Below, one piece after another: positions 1 through 11,516 of a stretch of DNA of 64,000 bases. The notes under the pieces were generated by a model that was given only the letters and a program-made list of their open reading frames with translations, made no database searches and had not been told where the DNA came from. The position numbers and the translations under genes are program-made. The DNA comes from Nitrospirota bacterium (GTDB lineage: Bacteria > Nitrospirota > UBA9217): positions 96,001 through 160,000 of the forward strand of contig CAVUHW010000018.1 of assembly GCA_963741205.1 (NCBI GenBank), given 5' to 3'. Every line of letters begins with the position of its first letter. The first letter of the stretch is position 1.

Positions 1-826
1 GTTTTTCGAGTTTGACGCCGTCCTGGTGCTTGATCGCTTTTTTTATCCTGTTCAGGGAAAACTGGTACCGCTCTATCATTTCGACGATGTTCGGGCCGTT
101 GAGGAGACAGATGTCCCTCCACATTTCCGGAGAACTCGCCGCGATCCTGCGTGAAGTCCCGGAACCCCGCGCCTGAAAAGGTGATATAGTTCTCCGTGCC
201 CTCATTGAATTCCGCCACGGTATTGACCATGGCATATGCGGCTGCGTGCGGCAGATGACTTACCGCGGAAAAAATATGGTCATGGGCGTCGGGGCTCATG
301 ATGAGCACCTTCGCGCCGGCTGCAAGCCACAACGATTTCACGGTCTCAAGCGCCTGCAGGTCCGTTTTTTCCGTCGGGGTCAAAATGCATTTCGCATCCT
401 GAAACAGCGTCCCGGACGCCTCGGACACGCCGTGCTTTTCCTTGCCCGCGATGGGATGTCCGGGGACATAGTGCACATCCGCCGGAAGAAGCGCTTCAAT
501 GAGCGCGGACAAGACTTCCCTTGACGCTGCCCACATCGGTGAGGATCGATCCCTTTTTCAGATGCGGAGCGATCTCGCGGACGACCGTCTCAAAAATGCC
601 CACGGGCGACGCAAGGACCACGAGGTCAGCGTTTTCGACGGCATGACTTCGAACCGTGGCCCAGGTGATCGATCACGCCGAGCTTGAGCGCCAGTTCGAG
701 CGTTTCCCTGCTCCTGCCCGCTCCCATGATCTCGCCCGCGAGGTTCCTGTCCTTCAGGACCCTTGCCAGCGATCCGCCGATCAGTCCGACGCCGATGATG
801 GTGACTTTGTTAAAGTGAAGTGCCAT
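1..826 (-). CDS. tyrA: prephenate/arogenate dehydrogenase (frameshifted, runs off window)
   Basis: N-terminus VTIIGVGLIGGSLA (Rossmann). Other frames give DVGSVKG, HPIAG and FAAVSHLPH. Last gene seen of the pheA-hisC-aroF operon. Confidence 0.9.
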
Positions 827-931
827 TGAATTTTCTTGACATACCGATTTAAAAAATCCAAAAATCTGTGTTTCGAAGGATTACGGGATAGAAATGATTT
901 ATTTTATTCCGCAATCCGCAATCCGCATTCG

Positions 932-1946
932 TCAGATTTCTCTTCCCACCGCCGCCGCGATCGGCTTCATCTCGTCCATCAGTTGTTTGAAGCTCTTGGG
1001 CTTGAGCGATTGTTCGCCGTCGCAGAGCGCTTCCTCGGGGTTCGAATGCACCTCGATGATCAGGCCGTCGGCCCCGGCGGCGACCGCGGCCTTTGCCATG
1101 GGGGCTACGAGGTCCCATTTGCCCACGGCATGGCTCGGGTCCACGATGACCGGCAGGTGCGTCATCTGTTTCAAGACCGGCACTGCGGAGAGGTCGAGCG
1201 TATTACGGGTCGCCGTCTCGTAGGTGCGGATGCCGCGCTCGCAGAGGATCACCTGATGGTTGCCGCCGGACATGATGTACTCGGCGGACATGAGCCATTC
1301 CTTGATCGTGGCCGAGATGCCGCGTTTGAGGAGCACCGGCTTCTTGCACAGCCCCACTTCCCTGAGCAGCCGGAAGTTCTGCATGTTCCGGGCGCCGATC
1401 TGGAGCACGTCGGCGTATTTGGCGATCATCTCGATGTCCCGGGGGTCCATGACCTCCGTCACGATCGGCAGCCCCACGCGCTCGCGGGCCTCGGCAAGAT
1501 ACTTGAGCCCTTCCTCCTCGAGCCCCTGGAAGGCATAGGGCGAGGTCCTCGGCTTGAACGCGCCGCCGCGGATGAAAGTTGGCCCCTGCTTTCTTGACCT
1601 CTTTCGCAATCTCGATCAGGAGCGATTTGTTCTCCACGGCGCAGGGGCCCGCCATGACCGCGATCCTTTTCCCGCCGATCTGCTGCCCGCCGACGGTGAT
1701 GACCGTTTTCTCTCTCCTGAACTCCAGACTCGCCAGCTTGAAGGGCTTCAGGATGGGGAGCACTTTTTCCACGCCGGGGATGGCCTCGAGCGGTACGCTC
1801 TGGAGGATAGCCTCGTCGCCGATGGCGCCGATGATCGTCCGCTCCGTGCCCTTCGATACATGGGCCTGGAGCCCCAGGTCCTTGATCTTTTTTATGATGT
1901 GATCGACCTGTTCCTCGGTCGCATCAGGTTTCACGACGATGATCAT
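932..1946 (-). CDS. aroF: DAHP synthase, type I-beta with N-terminal regulatory domain (frameshift near 1580)
   Basis: [36 protein letters not shown] and DPSHA motifs across ORFs 1203-1946 and 932-1609. Confidence 0.95.
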
Positions 1947-2070
1947 GATGGTCCTTTCTTAAGAACTTGCATGGCGCATAGCGCATAGAGCATGGCGTTT
2001 GAATCTTTTATATGCCACACGCTTTGATCTATGCTCTCAGTTATTTCCGCCTTGCCCTCTGCGCTTTGCG

Positions 2071-3157
2071 CTAAGCGCTATGCTCTTTTACAATCTTCTC
2101 CAGCTCCCCCACGAACCTCTTGTTCTCATCGGGGAGGCCGATCGTGACCCTGAGCCTTTTTCCGCCCATGGGCCGGATGATCACGCCCTGCTTGAGGAGC
2201 GAGGTATACACGTCCTTCGCGTCGAGTGCTGTTTCGAAGAGGATGAAGTTGGCCTCCGTCGGGATGTACGATCACACCGAGCTGCTGGAAGGACTGGTAG
2301 AGATACTGCTTTCCTTCGTTGTTGATCGCGATCGATTTTTCCACGTGCTTGCGGTCCGACAGCGCTGCCAGTGCGGCCGCCTGCGCCAGCGAGTTGGTAT
2401 TAAATGGCTGCCTCACCTTGTTCATGAGCTCCGCGATCTCGGGCTTCGTGATGCCGTAGCCGATGCGAAGGCCGGCAAGGCCGTAGATCTTCGAAAAGGT
2501 ACGGAGCGCGAGCACGTTCCGGCCTTCTTTCAGATAGTCCAGCGAATCGGGATAGTCGGCGTGGGTAACATACTCGAAATACGCTTCATCGACGGCCACG
2601 ATCACATGGTCCGGCACTCGGCCCATGAACCGGTCCATCTCGGCCCTGGTGTTCATGGTCCCCGTGGGATTGTTCGGGTTCGCGATGAAGACGATCTTCG
2701 TCTTCGGCGTGATCCGCTCCGCCATCGCGTCGAGGTCGTGACACATGTCTTTGCAGGGCACGATGACGTTCGCGCCGCAGGCGGCCTGGGTGATCATTTT
2801 ATACACGACGAAGGAAGGATCGGCCGAAATGATCTCGTCGCCGGGCTGGACAAAGGTGCGCACCACAAGTTCGATGAGCTCGTTCGAGCCGTTGCCCAGG
2901 ATGACCTGGGAAATATCCACGTCGTATTTTTTTGCAAGGGCCTGGGAAAGGTAAAAGCCGCTGCCGTCGGGATACCGGTTGAGTCCCTCGACCACCTTCT
3001 TGAGCGCCGCAATCGCCTTGGGCGAGGGGCCGAGGGGGTTCTCGTTCGATGCGAGCTTGATGCTCCCGCTGATCCCGAGCTCCCGCTCCAGTTCCTCGAT
3101 CGGCTTGCCCGGGACGTAGGGGGAGATGTTCTTGATATTGTCGGATACGGTAATCAT
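2071..3157 (-). CDS. hisC: histidinol-phosphate aminotransferase (frameshift near 3' end)
   Basis: YVPGKP, KLASNENPLGPSP, NPNNPTG, DEAY and RTFSKIYGLAGLRIGY. Confidence 0.95.
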
Positions 3158-3269
3158 GATCGCAACTCCTCATTACGGATTGTCTGTTGCGGGTTGCGCG
3201 GTGCGAGGTGCGAGTTGAAACCCATAAACCCGCAACCCGTAACTCGCAACCCGTAACCGTTGCTTCTCG

Positions 3270-4343
3270 CTACTGACTCTTCGGATACGACCCCAAAACC
3301 TTCAGGAACATGCAGTCCTGCCGCAGCCGTTCGATCGCAGCTGCGACCTTTTCATCCTCGATGTGGCCTTCCATATCGAGGAAGAAAACGTAGTCCCAAA
3401 CCTTCCGTCCCGACGGCCGGGCATCGAGCCTGTTCAGGTTGATGCCGCTCTCGGCAAAGGGCGCGAGCATGGTATAGAGGGCGCCGACCTTGTCCTTGAT
3501 GGAGAACATGATCGAGGTCTTGTCGCGGCCCGTTTTCCCCGGAGATTTCCGGGCGATGACAAGAAACCGCGTAATATTGCTGATGTTGTCCTCGATCTTC
3601 CTGGCCGCGATCTGGAGTCCGTACAAGAGCGCGGCCATCTCGCTGGCGATCGCCCCAGCCTCGGGGTCGTCCGCAGCCATTTCCGCGGCCCTGGCCGTGG
3701 AGGGCGCGTCAAGGACCGGCACGCCGGGCAGATTTTTCTCAAGCCACTGCCTGCACTGCGCCGCGGCGGGCGAGATCGTATAGATCTTCTTGATGTCCTC
3801 GACCTTGCCCGACTTGTTCAAGAGGTGCTGAGACACCTCGAGCATGATCTCGGCGTATATCTTGAGGTCGGAATCGATGAACATGTCGAGGGTGTAGATC
3901 ACCGCCCCCGAGGTGGAATTCTCGATGGGCACCACGCCGTAGTCGGCCCGGCTGCGCTCCACTTCATTGAACACGTCCTTGATGTTCTCCACGGCTACGT
4001 ATTGCGCCTCAAGCCCGAACTGCTGCATGCCGGCCTGGTGCGTGAAGGTTGCGCGCGGGCCCAGGTAAGCCACCTTAAGCGGGCGTTCCAGAGACAGCGA
4101 CGACGAAAGGATCTCGTGGTAGACCGCCTTGAGCGTGTTCTGGGGAAACGGGCCCTTGTTGCGCGCGGTCAGGCGCTCCAGGATCTCCCGTTCGCGCGAA
4201 GGCGAATGAAAGTCCAGCTTTTCCGCCTTCTTGATGTTCCCGACCTCGATGACGATGCGGGCGCGCTCGTTCAAAAGGTCGACCAGCTTGTTGTCGAGCT
4301 CGTCGATCTTTTGCCGCAGCTCCTGAATTTTTTGTTTGGACAT
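3270..4343 (-). CDS. pheA: chorismate mutase / prephenate dehydratase
   Basis: N-terminal LRQKIDELD chorismate mutase domain, VAYLGPRATFT, PIENST, TRF, and a C-terminal ACT domain ending LGSYP. Confidence 0.95.
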   Translation of the reverse strand: MSKQKIQELRQKIDELDNKLVDLLNERARIVIEVGNIKKAEKLDFHSPSREREILERLTARNKGPFPQNTLKAVYHEILSSSLSLERPLKVAYLGPRATFTHQAGMQQFGLEAQYVAVENIKDVFNEVERSRADYGVVPIENSTSGAVIYTLDMFIDSDLKIYAEIMLEVSQHLLNKSGKVEDIKKIYTISPAAAQCRQWLEKNLPGVPVLDAPSTARAAEMAADDPEAGAIASEMAALLYGLQIAARKIEDNISNITRFLVIARKSPGKTGRDKTSIMFSIKDKVGALYTMLAPFAESGINLNRLDARPSGRKVWDYVFFLDMEGHIEDEKVAAAIERLRQDCMFLKVLGSYPKSQ

Positions 4344-4610
4344 TACGGTAACAACCTGCCTGAAGAGGATTTGCAATTATAGTTTATTTTTTCAGCAGTT
4401 GCAAGGGTTTTTTGGCAAAGTACGGTCATTTTCTCATGTAAAGTATCGGTGCCGACTTCACTTTTTTCAGACCCTTGCGGGCATCTTTTCCACGGTATCC
4501 GGATTCCGCGGATCGCTGTCGGCACAATTGCCCTGCGGGCATACATACTTTACTATTTACTTTTCGCCGGCTTGAGCAATAATGCACTAGACATCTCGGG
4601 GGGGAAAACC

Positions 4611-5801
4611 ATGGATGCCGACCTTCTTACCGACATCAAATTCAACTGCGACGTTTCGGACGCCAAGTTCTGGGGCTTCTATTCGGTCTGCGGCCTGCTC
4701 ATGCGGTACCGGGACCTCTTCCGGTCGGAGAAGGGTCTTAAACCCTGGGCCGATATCCGGCGCGAGGACATCGCGGCCTGGATAGAACAGAAGGAGGCCC
4801 GCTGGCCCGAGCTGGAGCAGAAAGATCTCCGAGACCTTGTCATCAACGGTCATTCGTTTCATCCCTTCGATGTTGCCGGCATCAACCGTGCCTTGGGCGA
4901 CCGCGGTCTGGTTTACGGCGCCGGCTATGGCATGTACCTCAAACCCACGTTCTTCCTGGCGGAACTGCGCTCGGTCCGCACGATTGCGGGCCTGACCGTT
5001 TACACGACAGACAAGGAACTGGTCCGGGACCTCTTCACCGCTCCGGGCATGCTTCAGGAAAAGACCGTGTTCCTCCGTCTCGAGCCGCTCATCATGCTTC
5101 TCCTGTATAAACACTCGGAATTGAACACCCGGCAGGTTTCCGCGCTCGAGGATGCCTTTGCGCACTATGGGTTCCCCCACCGCCAGATCATTGATATAAC
5201 GTTTGAACAGCGGATAATGGAAATGGCGGAGCGCTACGCTGAAATTCTGCTTGCCCATGAGCTTGCGGAAGACGCGGAAGAAGTACCGGAATGGAAAGAG
5301 GTCCTCTCGCTGGCCGCGGGAGACCGGCAGGCGGAGCACTATCTCCGGGCCGTGAAAGACCTCGTCGCGGACACTTCGGACCGGGGACCGTTTAAGAAAA
5401 TCATCGAGGGCCGGGATCGCGGGGCGCTGGGCCTCACGATCGCTCTCACCGAAGGGTACCGCAAGGTCCTCTACCCCGAGATGAAAACGGCCTACGCGGA
5501 CTTCTCACTTCATCATGACTGGAAGGCCGTTGAACAGGCGCGTAGGACGGGATACGAGCGGTTCCTTTCGAAGCGGGACGAGATTGTCAGGCTTTTCCGC
5601 AGCGGCAGGGGGAAAGAGGAATTTCTCGGGGAGCTAAAGAAACTGATCAGCGCGTTAGTTAATCCCGGTCACGATCTCCGGGAGTCAGCCTGCTTCATGA
5701 TCGCAACCAGCTTTTTCCAGTCATACGTTTGCAGGTTCATGATCTGGGAGCGGATAAGCTTGATGGCCGAGGCAAGGTCGTCCTCCCGTTTCAGGTTGTA
5801 G
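4611..5801 (+). CDS. conserved hypothetical protein (Sfum_1244-like family); true stop probably near 5665
   Basis: NCDVSDA..G.YSVCGLLMRYRDL N-terminus, YGAGYG..KPTFFLAEL and HELAE. The called C-terminus overlaps the convergent gene, suggesting an indel. Confidence 0.7.
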   Translation: MDADLLTDIKFNCDVSDAKFWGFYSVCGLLMRYRDLFRSEKGLKPWADIRREDIAAWIEQKEARWPELEQKDLRDLVINGHSFHPFDVAGINRALGDRGLVYGAGYGMYLKPTFFLAELRSVRTIAGLTVYTTDKELVRDLFTAPGMLQEKTVFLRLEPLIMLLLYKHSELNTRQVSALEDAFAHYGFPHRQIIDITFEQRIMEMAERYAEILLAHELAEDAEEVPEWKEVLSLAAGDRQAEHYLRAVKDLVADTSDRGPFKKIIEGRDRGALGLTIALTEGYRKVLYPEMKTAYADFSLHHDWKAVEQARRTGYERFLSKRDEIVRLFRSGRGKEEFLGELKKLISALVNPGHDLRESACFMIATSFFQSYVCRFMIWERISLMAEARSSSRFRL

Positions 5802-6316
5802 AACGGCAGGACTGCTGCGAAGGCCCGATCGGTATAGTCCTGGATCGGTACAAGCACATCACCCCGTCTCGTGTAATAAGGGTCTTCGCCTTCCGCGCAG
5901 GGTTGAGTGAAGACATTGAATTGCCGGCAGCCGATCGGCCTGACGGGATGGATGGAACAGGCATTGTCGATTAAAAACGGGCAGGCCGAACCTGCCGTGT
6001 GGCCGGCAAGCCGGTCCCGCAAAACCTCCCTGCCGGGGGCAACCATCTTTTCCGATACGTACCAGTAGATGCCGACCAATTCGTGGGGGTAGAGGGGAAG
6101 GTCCGCTTGATGGGCACAACAATTGCCGCAGCCTTTGCCGCATGCGAGTTTCGCCTTTCTCCGTTTCTCTTCATCCCGTATGGCTACGGCGACGCCGGTG
6201 TCCACGACGGCATAGGCATCAAGGAGCAGCGGCAGCCAGGGCAGACGTTTTTCATCATCCGGGAAATGAAGCCTCCTCGAAAGACCGTTATGAGCCCCCT
6301 TCTGCTTATTTTTCAC
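5669..6316 (-). CDS. YkgJ-family cysteine-cluster protein
   Basis: CGKGCGNCC ... CPFL...CSIHPVRPIGCR. Confidence 0.9.
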   Translation of the reverse strand: MKNKQKGAHNGLSRRLHFPDDEKRLPWLPLLLDAYAVVDTGVAVAIRDEEKRRKAKLACGKGCGNCCAHQADLPLYPHELVGIYWYVSEKMVAPGREVLRDRLAGHTAGSACPFLIDNACSIHPVRPIGCRQFNVFTQPCAEGEDPYYTRRGDVLVPIQDYTDRAFAAVLPFYNLKREDDLASAIKLIRSQIMNLQTYDWKKLVAIMKQADSRRS

Positions 6317-6575
6317 GTCAAACTCCCTTCAAGATGCCGCATGATCGCAGCAGAAAACGCACTGCACAATAACACAGCCCCCGGGAAAAAACAATATGCA
6401 GCGTGTGGTAAATTTGCAGTCCAAAACTTCGCGCCGCTCTTTCCCTTACCCGGATCGACGGTAAGGACCATGCATATTTCGGTCTAAAAGCCCTGCTTTT
6501 GCAATAAAATGACTCCCACCGCCTTTGCCTGCCGTATGCACGCCTGTGCTATACTTAATCCAAAGGGGGGGCTTT

Positions 6576-6987
6576 ATGATTGAAATTATCACGGGCATCG
6601 GCGTGGCGGCATTTATCGTGTATGCCATTTTTTCCGTTGTCTACATGATGAGTATGAAAAGAATGAGCGATGCCCTGCATGATTTTATCCTGCGGACGGA
6701 AGGCAACACGAACGCTACACTGGCCGAACTCAAGGTGACGCTTGAAAATATACGGAAAATAACCGACGATATCGGCGCGGTATCGCAGGATGCGCGGCAG
6801 ATATCGAATTCCCTTGCTGACCGTGGAAAAAGGTATGCGTATGGTTTTTGAAAATGCGAAGGAAAGTATCGGCTCCGCTGCCGGGGCACGCTATGCAGGC
6901 TTAAAGGCCGGTATCAAGGCCGGAATTGCCACCTTTGGGAAAAATCCAACAGAGAAAGGGAGTGATGATCATGAAGGAGAACCTTGA
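6576..6987 (+). CDS. DUF948/YoxC-like membrane-anchored coiled-coil protein (frameshift near 6820)
   Basis: N-terminal TM helix, heptad pattern, paired with a YtxH gene. Confidence 0.7.
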
Positions 6988-7258
6988 AGCCGAAAAAAGG
7001 GGAGGCTCCATACTGGTGCCGTTTTTAGTGGGAGGCCTCATAGGCGCCATTGCGGCGCTTTTACTGGCGCCGAAGGCGGGGAAAGAACTGAGGAAAGACA
7101 TCAAGGATTTTGCCGCAAACACCCGCGATAACCTTGCCGCAACCATCGACAGAGGCAAGGGACTGTATGAGGGAAGCATATCTGCGGTCAAGACCGCCAT
7201 CGATGCCGGCAAAGAGGCGTATGTCGAGGAACGGGACAGACACCGTCATGCGGCATGA
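6971..7258 (+). CDS. YtxH domain protein
   Basis: FLVGGLIGAIAALLLAPKAGKELR signature. Confidence 0.9.
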   Translation: MKENLEAEKRGGSILVPFLVGGLIGAIAALLLAPKAGKELRKDIKDFAANTRDNLAATIDRGKGLYEGSISAVKTAIDAGKEAYVEERDRHRHAA

Positions 7259-7267
7259 TGAATCCGT

Positions 7268-7302
7268 AAAGCGCGTTTCCTGCCTGGGAGCGCGCTTTTT
7301 TT
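7268..7302 (+). terminator. intrinsic terminator
   Basis: aaagcgcgtttcc-tgcct-gggagcgcgc followed by a T run, right after ytxH. Confidence 0.8.
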
Positions 7303-7385
7303 ATGCCAACATCATTTCCCCGCTCCGATAATTTCCTAATCCGCGTTCATCCGATTTTCTCTGCGTCCAAATACTTTTCTTAGCT

Positions 7386-8865
7386 TTATCCCGCTTTGAG
7401 CAAATCCGGATTCGTGTGGGGTATAAACACCGCCCCCAAGAACTCCTTCATGAACTCCGGGTCATCGTGCATGTGCTTGTAGGTGATCTTGCCGACGACG
7501 GCATTCACCGCGTCCACGAGGCCGGCGTCGGCGAGCAGCATGCGGGCCCCCGCGAGGGATGAATTGCCGAGGGGCCTCACGATCCCACGCGACCATGCAG
7601 GCAGCATGCCGATGCCGGCCGCCTTTACGGGGTCGATGCCTGTTCCGAGCGCGCCGGAGACATACACGTTCGCGATGTCGCCGAAGGAAATGCCGACGGA
7701 CCGCGTGAGCACCAACAGCAGCGTGAACATGGCCGCCTTGGATTTCATGAAGTTGTGTATCTCGGCCTGGGTGATGAATAGAGCATCGTGACCGTCTTCG
7801 CAGGAGATAGTGAAGGCCCTCTCGCCGTCGATCTCGGAAACATATTCGCCGGGGATGAGCGCGCCGCTTTTGTCGATCATGCCCGCCTTATAAAGTTCAT
7901 AGAGGAGGCTTATCATGCCGGAGCCGCAGATCCCTTCCGGCCTTCCCTGGTCAAAGGTCTTGCAGGCGATGTTCCGACCCCTGATCTCGAAATCATAGAC
8001 GATGCCTTTCTTCGCCCGCTTGCCGATCCGGCAGATGCCTTCTTCGAGCGCAGGCCCGGCAGCCCCCGCCCCGACGATCATCCAGTCCCGGTTTCCGATC
8101 ACGACCTCCGCATTGGTGCCCACGTCGATCAGGATCGAGATCTCGTCCGACCGGAACATGCCCGAAGCCATGATGCCGGACGCGATGTCGCCGCCCACGT
8201 AGCTCCCGGCGTTCGGAAATACGTAGACAGCGGCCTCGGGGTTGATATCGAGGGACAACTCCGATGCAGCGAAGAATCCCGGCGTCCGGACCACGGGGAC
8301 GAAAGGGGTCGACGGGGATCGTGCTGATATCAAGGCCGAGAAAGAAATGGCTCATCACGGTATTCCCCGCCACGGCCATCGCGTGGATGTATTGACTTTC
8401 GATCCCCGCCTCGCTGCAGAGCGCGGCGATCAGGCCATTGATCCCGTCGATAAGAGAGCGGTAAACCTCACCGGCATGGTCCGACATGGCATGATGCATG
8501 CGGGTCAGGATATCGCTGCCGAATGCGATCTGGGGGTTCTCGATACTCCGGGTGAGCACGTCTTTCTGCTCGATATTGTCATAGAGCAGCGCGACGAGAT
8601 TCGTCGTCCCCAGGTCCAGCGCGATGGAGTATGAGCGCTCCGTGCCGATGTCGATCAGACGAAGGTCGTCCCCGATCCTGCCGATGATGCAGGCAAAGCG
8701 CGGCATCCTTTGCAGCGAAGGCCGGCAGCCGCTTCATGATCGAGAGAGGAATCGCCAGATCGGGCCGAAGCCGAGCGCATCCCGGACTCGCTGGTCATGG
8801 GCTCGCCGGTCATCGCTTGACGGCGGTGGAAGGGAAACCTTTTTTTTGACGATCAACGGTGTCAT
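7386..8865 (-). CDS. ASKHA-type ATPase, RACo/DUF4445 corrinoid reductive-activator family, without N-terminal 2Fe-2S domain (frameshifted)
   Basis: IALDLGTTNL, NPQIAFGSDILTR, AGNTVMSH, YVGGDI, DVGTNAE, AGPALE and GICGSG. ATG at 8865 with caggag RBS. Confidence 0.85.
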
Positions 8866-9060
8866 CGCGCTCCTGCCATTCATCGATCACGTTCAGGAAG
8901 ATACTATGAATAACACATCGGGAGAAGCTGTCAAATACTGTTTTGCAGTAAATACTGGCAACCGCATTGCGAAGACTGCATTGCGGATGAAAAAATGCAT
9001 TATACTTGATTTCTAGACGCCGCTGGAGCGAAGGATGGAAGCCTGAGGAGGAGTACTTTC

Positions 9061-10295
9061 ATGTATTCGACCGCCAATATAACGCGCAACACCATCGCCA
9101 TGGTCCTGGCCGGCGGCAAGGGGGAACGCTTAGGCCCCATCACCATCGGCAGGCCCAAGCCCGCCGTCCCCTTCGGCGGCAAATACAAGATCGTCGACTT
9201 CGTCCTCTCGAATCTCTTCAACTCCGGCATCCGGAAAGTCTATATCCTGACCCAGTATCAGGCCTACTCGCTCAACAAGCACATCAAGGAATCCTGGGGC
9301 AAGATGGGTCGGCCTCGGCGATTTTTACGACACCATCTCTCCCGAAACAACCCACATCGGCGAGCAATGGTACCGGGGCACGGCCGACGCCATCTACCAG
9401 AACCTGCGGTTCATCGAATCGTCGGGCGCCGATTTCGTGGCCATCTTCGGCGGCGACCACATCTACAAGATGGACATCGCGCAGATGATGGAGTACCACC
9501 GCATGAACAAGGCCGACATCACGATCGCGACGCTCGAGGTCTCCCCAGCCGAGGCGCAGCGCTTCGGCGTCCTCTCCGTCGACGAAGACCTCCGGGTCAC
9601 CTCGTTCCAGGAGAAGCCGCAGGACCCGCCGCTCGTACCGGGCCGCGGGACCTGCTTCGCCTCCATGGGGAACTACGTCTTCTCCGCGAAAAAGCTGATC
9701 GAGGTATTAAAGAAAGGCATGCACACGGTACGAGGACCTCGACTTCGGCAAGCACGTAATCCCCATGATGCTGGAACAGGGGGACCGCGTCTTCGCTTAC
9801 AGCTTCATGGACAACTGCGTGGACGGGATGGCGCCGAACGAGCGGGGTTACTGGAGGGACGTGGGCACGATCGACTCGTACTATGAGGCGAACATGGACT
9901 TGATCAGCGTCAGCCCGCAGCTTAACCTCTACAATTACACCTGGCCCATCCTGACCAACCAGGGGAACCTCCCGCCGGCCAAGACCGTGTTCGACGACGA
10001 GGGCAGGCGCGGCCACAACCTCGATTCCCTCGTCTGCGGCGGCTGCATCACCAGCGGATCGACCGTCAGGCGGTCGATCCTCGGGCCATCCTGCAGGGTG
10101 CACAGCTACGCACTCGTCGAGGACTCCATCCTGTTCGAGAACGTGGAGATCGGCCGGCACGCAAAGATCAAGAATGCCATCATCGCCGAAAACATCGTCA
10201 TCCCCGAAGGCATGGAGATCGGCCTCGACCACGAGGAGGACCGCTTGCGGGGCTGCATCGTGACCGACTCGGGGATCGTCGTGGTGACGAAATAG
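9061..10295 (+). CDS. glgC: glucose-1-phosphate adenylyltransferase (frameshifted)
   Basis: [41 protein letters not shown] and YWRDVGT. Confidence 0.95.
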
Positions 10296-10452
10296 GAGGC
10301 TGAGAGAAGGGAATTTTCAAACGCGGCTGCGCATGCCGCTTTCCCGCTCGCGCCTGCTCGCAGTGATAATGCTGAGAGTAATCTCTCGAAGTTGATCCAC
10401 GGCAACGACTCGATCATCGTTTGCGGCAGAGGGACCGCCCTGTTATCTCTCG

Positions 10453-10882
10453 CTAAAAAGCGCCAGTCTCCTGCTTCTCCAATTCATCGCAGAGGGCCAT
10501 CATCTTCATAAATCTCTCGTTCTGAATTCCCGTGGCGATTTTCTCCGCCTCCTTCTGCTTCCCTTTTGCCAGGATCAGCGGGACGAGTTCCTCTTCGCGG
10601 GTCTTTTGAAACGCTTCCCAGATAGCAACGAGTTCTTTAAACTGAGCTTCTTTCCCCGTGGGCGCCTTCATGCCCGCAAGCATCGCGCTGACCGCATCAG
10701 CGGTGTCCTTTACCTTTTTTTGCTGGTCCGCGCCCCGTTGGTCGCCGTTGTCCAGCATGATCCAGAGAGAATATCTGGCGTCCTGTAACTTCTTTTTCAA
10801 GGCGGCGAACTCGCCTGCATACGCCACGAGCGCGATCAATACGAAAACGGGAACTAAGAACCCGGCCGCACTGTTTATTCAT
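10453..10882 (-). CDS. secreted four-helix-bundle protein (MCP ligand-binding-like), frameshift in signal peptide
   Basis: Signal peptide ending VAYA, all-helical body, WEAFQKTREEELVPLI motif. Confidence 0.6.
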
Positions 10883-11019
10883 GGATGCTTTCTCCTTTCC
10901 GCAAGAGTCATGGTAGAAGCAGTTTGTAAATCGGGGAAAATTGCGTGACTCGAGGGGGGACGTTGATGTTTACGTTGCACTGGAGCTTCTCAATAAGGAT
11001 AAGAGCTCTATCAGTTGGT

Positions 11020-11104
11020 GCCTGAATGCGCTGCTCCGGGACCTTGCCGGCCGGCACCTCACTGAGAAGCATCGGGTCGACTCGCTGGAGCGTACCGGTT
11101 AGGT
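11020..11104 (-). mobile_element. degenerate attC-like site downstream of an orphan cassette gene
   Basis: Minus strand ACCTAAC-cggtac-GCTCCAGC...CCGGAGC-agcgc-ATTCAGGC. R'' matches RYYYAAC, L boxes pair, R' is eroded. Confidence 0.55.
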
Positions 11105-11123
11105 CGCGCATTCATTCAGTCCG

Positions 11124-11516
11124 TCAAGGTGTCTTGATGCCCAACCACTCTAATGCCTCCCGGCGAATTCGAAAAACGCGTACTTCCTTCCTGCTCTTTT
11201 TGTCCAATTGCCGGTACGTCTCGTACATGCGGCCTAGCCCGAACTGCTCGTTGGTCGTCGCAAGGATAGCGAGCTTCGACAATGAATCGGGCGAATCCAT
11301 TCCTGCCGACAACCGAGCGAGGTCAGACACTCGATGGGTCGACTTGAGCTCGATCCGGGAGACGCCCGCCATGTCGATCAGTTCGTTATACCCCTTGGTA
11401 TCTGGTCGCGACCAAACTTCCTGCTGGTAACCGAAAACCTCCGCATCAGTCAACACTCCATACGGGCTCGCGATTACCAGTCGCTGATCATGGTCTATAT
11501 GGTAAGAAATAGGCAT
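11124..11516 (-). CDS. hypothetical protein (STAS/SpoIIAA-like), probable former integron cassette
   Basis: 130-aa ORF with KLAILA...FGLGRMY...VRVFR..EALEWL pattern, flanked by attC-like remnants. Confidence 0.7.
   Translation of the reverse strand: MPISYHIDHDQRLVIASPYGVLTDAEVFGYQQEVWSRPDTKGYNELIDMAGVSRIELKSTHRVSDLARLSAGMDSPDSLSKLAILATTNEQFGLGRMYETYRQLDKKSRKEVRVFRIRREALEWLGIKTP

Noticed and set aside
3186-3258. Short tandem arrays as a possible CRISPR array
   Set aside because: Units are degenerate 7-9-mers with no unique spacers. No cas genes are present; the Cas4-like motif belongs to the helicase fusion.
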